Assembly (NCBI GenBank): GCA_963761305.1
Contig: CAVXGK010000002.1
Location: forward strand, 1,600,001-1,664,000
Length of the DNA stretch: 64,000 nt
Reading direction: 5' to 3'
Source of the DNA: an uncultured Gemmatimonadaceae bacterium
Lineage (GTDB): Bacteria; Gemmatimonadota; Gemmatimonadetes; Gemmatimonadales; Gemmatimonadaceae
Shown here: in pieces, positions 48,832 through 57,655 of the stretch
Layout: every line of letters begins with the position of its first letter
Position numbering within the stretch: the stretch's first letter is position 1
Notes under the pieces: model-generated
Seen by the model: only the letters and a program-made list of their open reading frames with translations
Told to the model about the DNA's origin: nothing
Database searches by the model: none
Position numbers and translations under genes: made by a program

Positions 48832-49333
48832 CTAGGGGGCGAACGAGACGTCGAACACGCCAGAGGTGACTGACTTGGTGCCCGTTGCACTCGTGCCGAG
48901 GACGGCCGCGCCGTTGAACGAAAACGTTCCCGTTGCGTGCGTCGTTCGACAGCACTGTGAACGTGACCGTTCCCGTTCCGGCGCCAATTGAACTCTGCCA
49001 CGCGGACGCGCCGGCCGTATAGCTGCCGGCCCCGACGCCGCCCGGGCCGAGGTTGTACGTCCCGGGTGCGGTCGGGCCGCTCATGACGACGGCGATGGTT
49101 GCGCCGCCGCTGTTGGCGGGAATGCTGAAGTTGGCTCCGCTGCTTTCTCGGGCCGCGGTGACGTTCCCGCTGCCCGACGCGGAGAAGTTGGCGCCGCCAA
49201 CATTCGCGCTCACCGTGCCGCTGCCACTCGGGGCCTCCGATGACGATCCATCCGAATCGTCTGTGGGCTTCTTGCGCGTAGCCGCGGAGACAGCACACAC
49301 ACACGCAAGTACCAACGGCAAGAGGCGCTTCAT
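48832..49333 (-). pseudogene. Secreted/lipoprotein-like beta protein with a +1 frameshift near 48945 (pseudogene or sequencing error)
   Basis: Removing one base at TCG-A-ACG restores ...TGTVTFTVLS-TTHATGTFSFNGAAVLGTSATGTKSVTSGVFDVSFAP*, a natural C-terminus. The uncorrected frame runs on to the tRNA 3' end. Confidence 0.75.
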
Positions 49334-49554
49334 CGCTACCTCTCAGCGCGAAATGGCTTGGGCCACCGGGGATCGCGCACAAAGTATTGAGGTGCGGGAC
49401 TGCCGCGCAAATCTGACAATCGTCGCGCGGGCAGCGATTTGGGACCCAGGTGCCTCGTTCAACTCGCAAAGGGGCATGCGAATTCTACAACCATGACTCT
49501 GTGCAGTCGCCGCTGCGAGCTTTGCCCGCGCGCTCGCCCCGATGGCCTCGCGCC

Positions 49555-51420
49555 TTATTTCTTCGTCGTAAACCGAAAGGGCACGCTCACCCACGCCGGA
49601 ACCGGTTTCGATTCCGGCGCCGGCGTGCGGGCGGGCTCGAAGCGGAAGTTGGGCAGGATGTCGCGCACGGCAGACGTGAACAGCTCGTGATCCGATCGCT
49701 CCACGATCATGCTCGCGGGGTCGACACTTCCGAACTCGTTCACCATGAAGCGCACGACGACCTGTCCTTCGCGGTGTCCCGAGCGCAGCAGCGCGTCGGG
49801 GAAGCGCGGCTCCGGCACCCGCCCGATGATCTTCGGTGGGGTGATGACCGCGTTCTCGACCTCCGCCGACGTGGGGGGTGAGACTCTCTCCCCCGTTCCA
49901 GTCCGATCGGTGTCCGACGCGCGCTGCCGCTCCGGTGCCGAACGCGCGATCGAGTCGACGCTCGGCGCCGTCGGGATGCTCGGGGCCGGGATGCTCGGGA
50001 TATTTATCCGACCCAGGTGAACGTCGATGCGGGGCAGGCTGACCGGAGCGCTCTCCGGCGCATGCTGCTCCGGCTTCACCACCGGACCGGTAGCCGGGGG
50101 CGCCGCGCTTGCGGAGGGGAGCGACTCGGCGCCCTTTACGACCACTATAGCCGCCGCGCCGGTTGCGGTGGATCCGGTCCGCGTCGCCGGCGCCTTGACG
50201 ACAGGAGCGACGGCTGAGGTGGTGCGCTGCGCGGCGCTCATCTTCGTGGAGACCGGATCGCTGCCGCCGCCGGCGCGCGGGCGCAACATCAGTAGCCCGG
50301 CGATCGCAAGCGCGGCCACTCCAACGGACGCATACAGTATCGCTCGTTTCTTGCGCGCCGGCTCGGGCGAATCGGCCTGGACCGGTGCGATTGTGGATCG
50401 CCAGTCGCCAAGCGCAGCATCGTCACTCGCGACATCGCTGTGCGCGACATCCGCGAGAACGAGATCGCGATGCGGGACGCCCGATTCGCGACCCGAAACG
50501 CTCGCGAACGGACGCGCGCTCTCGGGCGGGGAGATGACGATCCTGGAGACAGACGGCGTCTGGATCGAAGATGCCATCAACGAGGCGGCCGCCACCGCAG
50601 CGGTGACCGTCGGCGTCTTCGAACGTTCGCGTGAAAGGGGGATGGGGCGAAGCGCCCGCGGCTTACGCTCAGCGAGGAATTCCAGCTTCTTCGAGGCAGC
50701 AACCGCCGCCGTGTCGGCGGCGACGGCGGCCTGGAGTTCGAGCTCGGCCGCGCGCGCCCGCGCGACCTGCACGGTTGCATGGCCAGGACCCAATGCCACC
50801 TCGCGCGTTGCCAGGCCGCGCCGAAGCAGCGCCAACGCTTCGGCGAAGTTGCCGCGTGCCGCGCACGTTTCAGAGAGATGCTCCAGCGTGACGACGGTGA
50901 CCATGTGGCCCGGCTCGAGCACCTTCTCTCGAATGCGCAATGCATCTCTGAACAGGGCTTCCGCGGAGGCGTCATCGCCGAGTTTGCGTTTCACAACGGC
51001 GAGGCCGGCGAGCGCAGTGGCGACATCGGCATTCTCCTCGCTCTTGCCCCGTGCAATAGCGAGCAAACGTTCGAGGACTTCCTCGGCGCGCGCGTGTTGC
51101 GACCGATGAATGTGTAGGCGGCTCAACTCGGTGAGCAGCGGGGCGAGTGCTGCGTCTTCTCTGCCGAAGAGCTCTTCGCTGATGGCGAGCGCTTCGGTGA
51201 GAAGCGGTTCCGCTTCCGCTTCCCCTGCCCGGCCGAACTTCCGCGAGAGCTTCCCAAGCTGGAAGAGGGCGGAGGCGAGCTCCCGGCGGAGACTGGGATC
51301 GGTGCGCGCCACGACTATCGCCGAGTAAAGGGATTCGGCGGCGGCGGGCTCGTCCCCCGCGGTCAATGCTGCGCGCGCTGCATCGAGCCGTTCGGTAAAC
51401 AACGCTTTCGTGTCAGCCAT
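49555..51420 (-). CDS. TPR-repeat / TM / TonB C-terminal domain protein
   Basis: N-terminal kinesin-light-chain-type TPRs (AEALFRDALRIREKVLEPGH), TM helix AILYASVGVAALAIAGLLML, Pro-rich linker, TonB_C (P.FPDAL..G.EGQVVVRFMV...G.VD...F.PA...VPFRF). Confidence 0.82.
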   Translation of the reverse strand: MADTKALFTERLDAARAALTAGDEPAAAESLYSAIVVARTDPSLRRELASALFQLGKLSRKFGRAGEAEAEPLLTEALAISEELFGREDAALAPLLTELSRLHIHRSQHARAEEVLERLLAIARGKSEENADVATALAGLAVVKRKLGDDASAEALFRDALRIREKVLEPGHMVTVVTLEHLSETCAARGNFAEALALLRRGLATREVALGPGHATVQVARARAAELELQAAVAADTAAVAASKKLEFLAERKPRALRPIPLSRERSKTPTVTAAVAAASLMASSIQTPSVSRIVISPPESARPFASVSGRESGVPHRDLVLADVAHSDVASDDAALGDWRSTIAPVQADSPEPARKKRAILYASVGVAALAIAGLLMLRPRAGGGSDPVSTKMSAAQRTTSAVAPVVKAPATRTGSTATGAAAIVVVKGAESLPSASAAPPATGPVVKPEQHAPESAPVSLPRIDVHLGRINIPSIPAPSIPTAPSVDSIARSAPERQRASDTDRTGTGERVSPPTSAEVENAVITPPKIIGRVPEPRFPDALLRSGHREGQVVVRFMVNEFGSVDPASMIVERSDHELFTSAVRDILPNFRFEPARTPAPESKPVPAWVSVPFRFTTKK

Positions 51421-51612
51421 GTACATACGGTGCCGTAGGGCCTCGACTCCAACGCATCAAGATCGGGGGCGCGAAGATAGTCTCGGCACCAATCGACAGG
51501 TTATTTAGCGCGACCAAAGGGCGGTCCGCGAAACGGGCAGGATCGTTTGGGCTTCCCCCTCTAGGCGGGCGCGCGCCAACTGAGGAGCCGGCGGGCCACT
51601 CCCAGGGCTCCC

Positions 51613-52617
51613 TTAGAGCGGAGACAGACGGAAATGGCTCGACGATGAGATGCGGCCAGCTTGCGCGCGCTGGTCGGCGATGATCTGATCGTAGAGCGCA
51701 TCCGTCGCGGCGTGGTACGCGCCAGCCTGCGGTGGGAACTGCTCCGCGACGAGACGCATCCCCTGCCAAGGGTCGATCGGGCAGTCGAAGTCACCGGCGA
51801 TCGACTTCGCTTTGGTGTTGTCGAACAGGACGGACGGGGCCTTGTCGCCAAGCAGCGGCCCTTCCCAGTCGGGCTGGTAGCGAATGAGCGTGTCCGACGC
51901 AACGTGAACGACGTCCGGTGAGTCGACGCCGATCGCGGCGGCGATCGCTCGAAAGATCTCGTTCCAGGACCAGGCGCGGTCCCCGGTGATGTGCACCGTC
52001 TCGTTGAGCGCGGCGGGCGCTGCGATCAACCGCGCGAACGGCCGCGCGAAGTCGGTGGCGTGCGTGATCGTCCAGAGCGATTCGCCGTCCCCATGCACGA
52101 CGATGGGTTTTCCACGCAAGAGTCGCGAGACCTCGCCGCCGAGCGGCGTGGGCATCTTGGTGCGATAGGTGTGACTTGGCCTCACGATGACGTAGGGCAG
52201 CGCGGTCTGCGCGCGGAGGATGGTTTCCATCTCCGCTTTGGCGCGCGAATAGGCCCAGTGCGGATTGTGCAGTGGAGTCCGTTCGGTGATCGGCAGGACT
52301 CGAACCGGCTTCGCGTACGCCGAAGCGGAGCTGATGAAGACGTACCGGCCGCAGTGCCCCGCGAACGCGGCAATGTCCCTGCGGATGGCATCGGGCGCAA
52401 AGAGCCGGAACTGGCAGATGACGTCGAAGGCCTCGGCGGCGAGACGCGCGTACGCGGCGTCGTCGGTGACATCGCCTGTGATGAGACGACAATCGGGCGG
52501 CAATCCCTCGTTGTGATTGCCGCGATTGAAGACGCTGACCTCGTGGCCGAGGCGCACGCTTTCATGCACACACGCGAAGCTGATCTCGCCCGTGCCGCCA
52601 ATATAGAGAATTCTCAT
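51613..52617 (-). CDS. NAD-dependent epimerase/dehydratase (SDR)
   Basis: MRILYIGGTGEIS, FISSASAY, YSRAK, VRPSHTY, HGDG.SLWT.TH..DFA. Confidence 0.92.
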   Translation of the reverse strand: MRILYIGGTGEISFACVHESVRLGHEVSVFNRGNHNEGLPPDCRLITGDVTDDAAYARLAAEAFDVICQFRLFAPDAIRRDIAAFAGHCGRYVFISSASAYAKPVRVLPITERTPLHNPHWAYSRAKAEMETILRAQTALPYVIVRPSHTYRTKMPTPLGGEVSRLLRGKPIVVHGDGESLWTITHATDFARPFARLIAAPAALNETVHITGDRAWSWNEIFRAIAAAIGVDSPDVVHVASDTLIRYQPDWEGPLLGDKAPSVLFDNTKAKSIAGDFDCPIDPWQGMRLVAEQFPPQAGAYHAATDALYDQIIADQRAQAGRISSSSHFRLSPL

Positions 52618-52909
52618 TGTGGACAGCGGCGACGTCGCTTTCAGCTGCCGCAGAAGTAGCATCATCGGCCAGCGGCCGCGGATTCGTCCGACCGGAGGAC
52701 GTCTTGAATCGACGGAAGCATCGACAATGCTATGATCTCTGTCGCGCTGGACGCCAGAGGCGGTGCGATTCAAAGAACCGCCGTCCCCCACCGCCGCGCC
52801 TGTACCCCTCGCTTGTCATGAACCTCGCGAGCGAACGATGGTATGACGTTGGCAGTGGTGCCTGTCGGCACCGCGCAACCATCGCCCAGTGTGAGTCGTC
52901 TGGCGTTTG

Positions 52910-54178
52910 ATGCTTCGTCCGCTCCATTTCCTCGCTCTCGCCGCATGTTTGGCCGGCTCAGCGGCATTTGACGATGCCTCGGTCACCGCAAGCAGTGCGG
53001 TGCCGACCGACGTGTCCGCACGCCTGCCGCGCGTGGCGCCCGAGTCCGTAGGGATGTCTGTATCGCGACTGGCAATGATCGACGACGTCGTCTACCGCGG
53101 CATTCGAGCTGGTGGGTTTCCCGGGGCCGCGGTGATCGTCGCCAGACACGGCGGCATCGTCTGGGAGCGTGGCTATGGCACGCTGGACTGGCAATCGGGC
53201 GTCGCGGTTGACGCCGAGCGAACCATGTACGACCTCGCATCGCTCACCAAAGTCGTGGCCACGACCGCGGCTGCGATGGTCCTGGTGGATCGCGGACAGC
53301 TGCGGCTCGACGAACGGGTGACCCACTACCTGCCGATGTTCGGCGGCGGAGCGAAGGACGAAATCACGATTCGCGACCTGCTGACGCATCGATCCGGCTT
53401 GCCGGCCGGGCGTGACGTCTCGCAAGGGGCCGGGCCCGAGTCGGCACGGAAGGCCGTGTTGGCGACGAGCCTCGTTCGCGCGCCGGGCTCGGGTTACGAG
53501 TACTCGGATCTCGGGCTCGATGTGATGGGCTTCGTCATCGAGAGCATCACGCACGAGCCGCTCGATCAGTTCGTTCGGCACGCCGTCTACGCTCCACTCG
53601 GCATGCGCTCGACGATGTTTCGTCCGGCAGCATCGCTGCGCGCGCGCATCGCGCCCACGGAAGACCCTGCCACACGCGGCGAGGTGCACGACGGCACTGC
53701 ACGCGCGCTGGGCGGCGTGGCCGGCCACGCAGGCCTGTTCTCCACGGCAAGCGACCTCGCCGTGTTTGCTCAGCTCATGCTCGATGGAGGGGTCGCGGGG
53801 AGCACCAGGCTCTTCGCCGACAGCATTGCTCGCGAGTTTACGAAGCCTGGTCCGGGCTGGCGCGGGCTCGGATGGCAAACGTGTCCGGGAGATGGAAGCT
53901 GCGGGCAGTATCTGTCGACGCGCGCGTTCGGGCATACCGGCTTCACCGGGACGTCGATGTGGATCGATCCGGAGCGTGACCTCGTCGTCATCGTGCTCAC
54001 CAACTGGATTCACGGACGTGCTTCGGGCGGTGTTGCTCCGACCGGCGTCCTTCAAGACGTGCGCAGCGACGTGGTCGACCTGGCGGCGCTCTCGATCACC
54101 GACGGGGGCCCGGAACGCCCTCTACCGTGGCGCCTTCGAAGCGAGCTTCAGGACGGATGGTATTCCGGAAGTAGGTAG
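52910..54178 (+). CDS. Serine hydrolase, class C beta-lactamase/AmpC-like family
   Basis: YDLASLTK, LLTHRSG, YSD, GGVAGHAGLFST, FGHTGFTGTS.WIDP. Confidence 0.9.
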   Translation: MLRPLHFLALAACLAGSAAFDDASVTASSAVPTDVSARLPRVAPESVGMSVSRLAMIDDVVYRGIRAGGFPGAAVIVARHGGIVWERGYGTLDWQSGVAVDAERTMYDLASLTKVVATTAAAMVLVDRGQLRLDERVTHYLPMFGGGAKDEITIRDLLTHRSGLPAGRDVSQGAGPESARKAVLATSLVRAPGSGYEYSDLGLDVMGFVIESITHEPLDQFVRHAVYAPLGMRSTMFRPAASLRARIAPTEDPATRGEVHDGTARALGGVAGHAGLFSTASDLAVFAQLMLDGGVAGSTRLFADSIAREFTKPGPGWRGLGWQTCPGDGSCGQYLSTRAFGHTGFTGTSMWIDPERDLVVIVLTNWIHGRASGGVAPTGVLQDVRSDVVDLAALSITDGGPERPLPWRLRSELQDGWYSGSR

Positions 54179-54247
54179 CCGGCGCGCGTAGGGTGCGCGA
54201 AGGTTGGCGATCACCGTGTCCCGACACGCGGGACTTGATCGGCCTTA

Positions 54248-55489
54248 TCAGCCTTCGGTGAACTTCCCGTGCTCGTACTGGCTGATGAGCGCCGCGTTGG
54301 TCCGCTCAGTCTCGTTGAGCTGGTTCTCGCGGAAGGCATCGGTCGGCTTATACCAACCGAAGCTCGCGAAGTAGCGCTGCAACTCGGGATCCTGAAAGCG
54401 CCGCCCGTGACGGGCGTAAATCTCGTTCCGCAACCGCCGCGCGTCTTCGGGAGTCAAGCCTCGCACGTCAGCGACCGTGAGGAGTCGCGTCCCCAGCGAC
54501 TGATGGAGCTCCTCCTCGCGTTTCGTGATGAGCGCGATGTTCGCCCGCTCCGTCGCCGAGAGCTCGGCGTCACTGAAGTCCTGACGCGGGGCATACCAGG
54601 GCTCCGATCGGAAATACTCGGCCAGCCAGGGCGTTTGAAATTTTCGCCCGTGCCGTGCGTACACCTCGTTCCGTAAGAGACGCAGATCGTTGATCGAGAC
54701 GTTGGCGAGCATCCGCTCCGTCAACGGCGTCGACTGGAAGAGATTCATCAACCCGGGCGACACGGACCGCTTGTTCCGTCGCATGACGGCGAGCGCGATC
54801 GTGTCGAGATTCTGCTTCTCGATGGCCGAAAGTTTTGCCGCTTCGTAGCCGGTATCTGGCTTGTACCAGTAGCGCTCGTTGAAATAGTGCTGGAGGTCGT
54901 CCGTGGCGAGCATGCGGTTCTTCTCAACCTCGGACTCGTCGTCGGTGGCGAATACGTAACCGTGATTGGCCAGCACCTCCGCCTCGAGCACTTCCCAATC
55001 CTGCGGCGAATGATCGCCGAGCATCGCCGTGGTGATCACGCGGTCCTGGTAGAAGCGCATGTCCCCCGGTTCGATCTGCGTGTGCTTCGTCGCCTCGGCC
55101 GCGCGCACGACCTCGAGGTTCTCGCGCTCGCCGGCTGTCAGGCGTGCGTTGGTGAAGGTCGTGTCCGCGTGATACCACGAGCGCGTCGCGAGCCACGCCT
55201 GCAGCGTCGAGTCCTGAAAGACGCGTCCGTGCCGGCCGAAGATGATTCCACGGATGCGCTGCACGTCGACGAGCGGAAGCGGCGCGAGCGACGCAGGCGT
55301 GACTGTGCGCGCCGAGTAGTCGAACCGCTCCCAGTCGTCCATCGACGCCGGATGGGGCGCGGGTGTCGCCGTCGTGGCCGTCGTCTTGACCGCCTTCGCT
55401 GCGCTGGTATCGGCATTCGGTTTCGGCTTCTGCGCGCAGCCGGCGATGATAGCGGCCAGCGCGATCACACTCGATAGGCGTCGGATCAT
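54248..55489 (-). CDS. Lipoprotein with four YARHG domains
   Basis: Lipobox IAGC; repeats IFGRHGRVF, VLANHGYVF, VYARHGRKF and IYARHGRRF, each followed by WY.. and L...E..N. Confidence 0.88.
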   Translation of the reverse strand: MIRRLSSVIALAAIIAGCAQKPKPNADTSAAKAVKTTATTATPAPHPASMDDWERFDYSARTVTPASLAPLPLVDVQRIRGIIFGRHGRVFQDSTLQAWLATRSWYHADTTFTNARLTAGERENLEVVRAAEATKHTQIEPGDMRFYQDRVITTAMLGDHSPQDWEVLEAEVLANHGYVFATDDESEVEKNRMLATDDLQHYFNERYWYKPDTGYEAAKLSAIEKQNLDTIALAVMRRNKRSVSPGLMNLFQSTPLTERMLANVSINDLRLLRNEVYARHGRKFQTPWLAEYFRSEPWYAPRQDFSDAELSATERANIALITKREEELHQSLGTRLLTVADVRGLTPEDARRLRNEIYARHGRRFQDPELQRYFASFGWYKPTDAFRENQLNETERTNAALISQYEHGKFTEG

Positions 55490-56172
55490 CGAACCCTCGG
55501 TGAGTTGGCCGCCGGGGCATAGCGCGCGATGCCTTGCGCGATCGCCTGCGCCATGAGCGACTGTCCCGCCGGTTGCTTGATGAACGCGGCGTCGCGCGCA
55601 TTGCTCAGCGTGACCATCTCGATGAGCACGACCGGGACGTCCGAGAACACGGAGCCGGTGAGCGCGCCCTGCTTCGAACCGATCGCCGTCTTCGAATCGC
55701 CGCGCACTCCACCGTCCTTGAGCTTCCCGGCCAACATGCGTGCCATCGACACGTGCAGCGACTCCGCCGCCGCCGCACTCGCGCCCATCACCGCCTCGCT
55801 GGGTCCCGTGTGACCCTGGACGGTCGCCGCACGATCGGGATGATAGATCGCGTAACCGCTGTCGGGACTGTCGTCGCAATGTAGCCGAACGACGAGCGTT
55901 GCCTTGGCCGCGTTACCGATCCCGGCCCGCTCGACATTGGTGACCATCGTGCGCTCGGCAGGCTTCGTCAACACGACGGTGTATCCCTGCGCCCGCAACA
56001 GCGTCGCCAGGCGCTGCGCGACGAGCCATGCGATGTGGACCTCGCTGGTCCCGTGTTGCATCGACGCGCCGCTACTCATCTCCGACGGGTGGCCGGGGTC
56101 GATGACGATGGTGGGATGCGGTTCGACGCCGAGAGCGAGGGCGAGTATCGCGTGATTGAGGCTGCGAATCAT
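55486..56172 (-). CDS. N-acetylmuramoyl-L-alanine amidase (Amidase_3)
   Basis: VIDPGH, E (SEVH), RLHCD, VPVVLIEM..LSN..D zinc and catalytic residues. Confidence 0.88.
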   Translation of the reverse strand: MIRSLNHAILALALGVEPHPTIVIDPGHPSEMSSGASMQHGTSEVHIAWLVAQRLATLLRAQGYTVVLTKPAERTMVTNVERAGIGNAAKATLVVRLHCDDSPDSGYAIYHPDRAATVQGHTGPSEAVMGASAAAAESLHVSMARMLAGKLKDGGVRGDSKTAIGSKQGALTGSVFSDVPVVLIEMVTLSNARDAAFIKQPAGQSLMAQAIAQGIARYAPAANSPRVR

Positions 56173-56248
56173 CTGCGTTACAACTTGCGCGATGTGTCAC
56201 GAGTGCAAAAGTGGCGGCAGGCAGGCCGGCGCCGGCATCGACCCACAT

Positions 56249-56842
56249 TCACGTGCCAGGAGCCTGAATCGCGCGCTCCACCAAATCTGACACGCCCAGC
56301 TTCGCCGCCCAGGCGCGCAAATAGGCGCGATCAAGCCGCGACGACTGTGCGGTCACGATGCCGGCGACGTCTCGCCATTGACGCTCCGACGACTCCGCGC
56401 CGCGTCGATACCACTCGAGCTTGCGCAGGATCGTGTCCTCCGCCGTGTCGACGAAGAGCGTGACGTGCTCGGAATCGCTCGAGAACGACACCGGTGTTCG
56501 GCGCTGTAGGCGCTCGCGGTCGAACGCGTCAGATCCGGCGATGAAGACGTCGACCTTCACCGCCGTAGGCATGTGAATGACGTTGAACGCGCCGCCGGTG
56601 CGGACTGCTTCCACCACCGCGTCGCGAGAAACGTAGCACTCGGCGCCGATCGCATCGATGAACGGATCGACGTCGCCCTGGTGCAGATCGGCGACCATGT
56701 CGATGTCGTTCGTGGATCGTGGTTCGCCATGAACCGAGCTGGCGAACGAGCCGCCAATCACATACGAGGCGCCGATGTGAGCCAGGGCGCCGGCCACCAA
56801 GCTCGCGACGGCAATCGGCTCCGGAAGTGACTCAGGCGCCAT
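56249..56842 (-). CDS. Pol-beta-fold nucleotidyltransferase, MenT1/AbiEii-like putative toxin
   Basis: IGGSFASSVHGEPRSTNDID (GS..DxD), KVDVF, EDTILRKL, RQWRDV. Confidence 0.75.
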   Translation of the reverse strand: MAPESLPEPIAVASLVAGALAHIGASYVIGGSFASSVHGEPRSTNDIDMVADLHQGDVDPFIDAIGAECYVSRDAVVEAVRTGGAFNVIHMPTAVKVDVFIAGSDAFDRERLQRRTPVSFSSDSEHVTLFVDTAEDTILRKLEWYRRGAESSERQWRDVAGIVTAQSSRLDRAYLRAWAAKLGVSDLVERAIQAPGT

Positions 56843-57089
56843 TCCCAGCGCCGTACACGCGATCGACCAGTTCGTCACCCAACCGGAGCCGGGCGAGCCT
56901 CAGCAAGAGCTGTTGCGGCGAGTCCTCCGGATGACGAACGGCCAGGCCGGCAAGGGATAAGCGGCTTACAGCCAGGGTCAACTCGCTCATTCTCCGTAGC
57001 TTCTGGGCCGGCGTCATCGACGCATAGAGCGCTTGCTGCACTCCACGAACAGCGGAGTCCGTATCATCGAGCTGGGATCGGCCGGCCAT
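56832..57089 (-). CDS. Small helical protein, MenA1-like putative antitoxin
   Basis: 85 aa, DT....MTPAQKLRRMSEL...LAGLAVRHP; overlaps the NTase start by 11 nt; TATATT -10 lies 6 nt before its ATG. Confidence 0.7.
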   Translation of the reverse strand: MAGRSQLDDTDSAVRGVQQALYASMTPAQKLRRMSELTLAVSRLSLAGLAVRHPEDSPQQLLLRLARLRLGDELVDRVYGAGNGA

Positions 57090-57262
57090 GAATCGAATAT
57101 ACGGCTGTCCTGCAGAAACCCAGCCGCTTCAGCCGACAGCGAGGGTAACGAAGGGCGAAGGTTCGCGATCACGCCGCGAGCGCCGAAGGCTCGGTCGCGG
57201 CGCAATAGATTGTCTACAGTCGAAGAATCAGGATGCCACGAGCGTGCGACTGAGGAGGTAGA

Positions 57263-57655
57263 ATGCCGGACGACATGGGCTGCTTCCGCATCGACATCGA
57301 AATCGAGAATCCCGCACGCCCCGGCGACCGACGGAAGGTCGAGGGTGCGCTCGTCGACGCCGGTGCCGAGTTGTCGTGGGTGCCTGCCGCGGTGCTCGAG
57401 TCACTCGGAATCGAGCGACTCAAGGTGTGGCATTTTCGACAAGCGACCGGCCAACAGATTGATCGCTGGGTTGGCTCCGCGCGTGTGTACGCGGCAGGAA
57501 CCGTCGCGACCGACGATGTGGTCTTCGGCGAGCCCGCGGATCTCATTCTTCTCGGGGCACGCACCCTGGAGGGATTGAATCTTCGCGTGGAGCCTCGTGA
57601 AAAGCGCTTGGTCGATGCGGGCCCCGCTCCAGCCGCTATCAGCGCCGCCGCGTAG
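57263..57655 (+). CDS. Clan AA (retropepsin-like) aspartyl protease
   Basis: ALVDAGAELSWVP...L..LGI and LLGARTLEGLNLRVEP motifs; GAGGAGG RBS. Confidence 0.8.
   Translation: MPDDMGCFRIDIEIENPARPGDRRKVEGALVDAGAELSWVPAAVLESLGIERLKVWHFRQATGQQIDRWVGSARVYAAGTVATDDVVFGEPADLILLGARTLEGLNLRVEPREKRLVDAGPAPAAISAAA

Noticed and set aside
57639..57655. Convergent 3' overlaps (also 27734-27744) as antisense regulation
   Set aside because: Short convergent overlaps are common in compact high-GC genomes and there is no further evidence.
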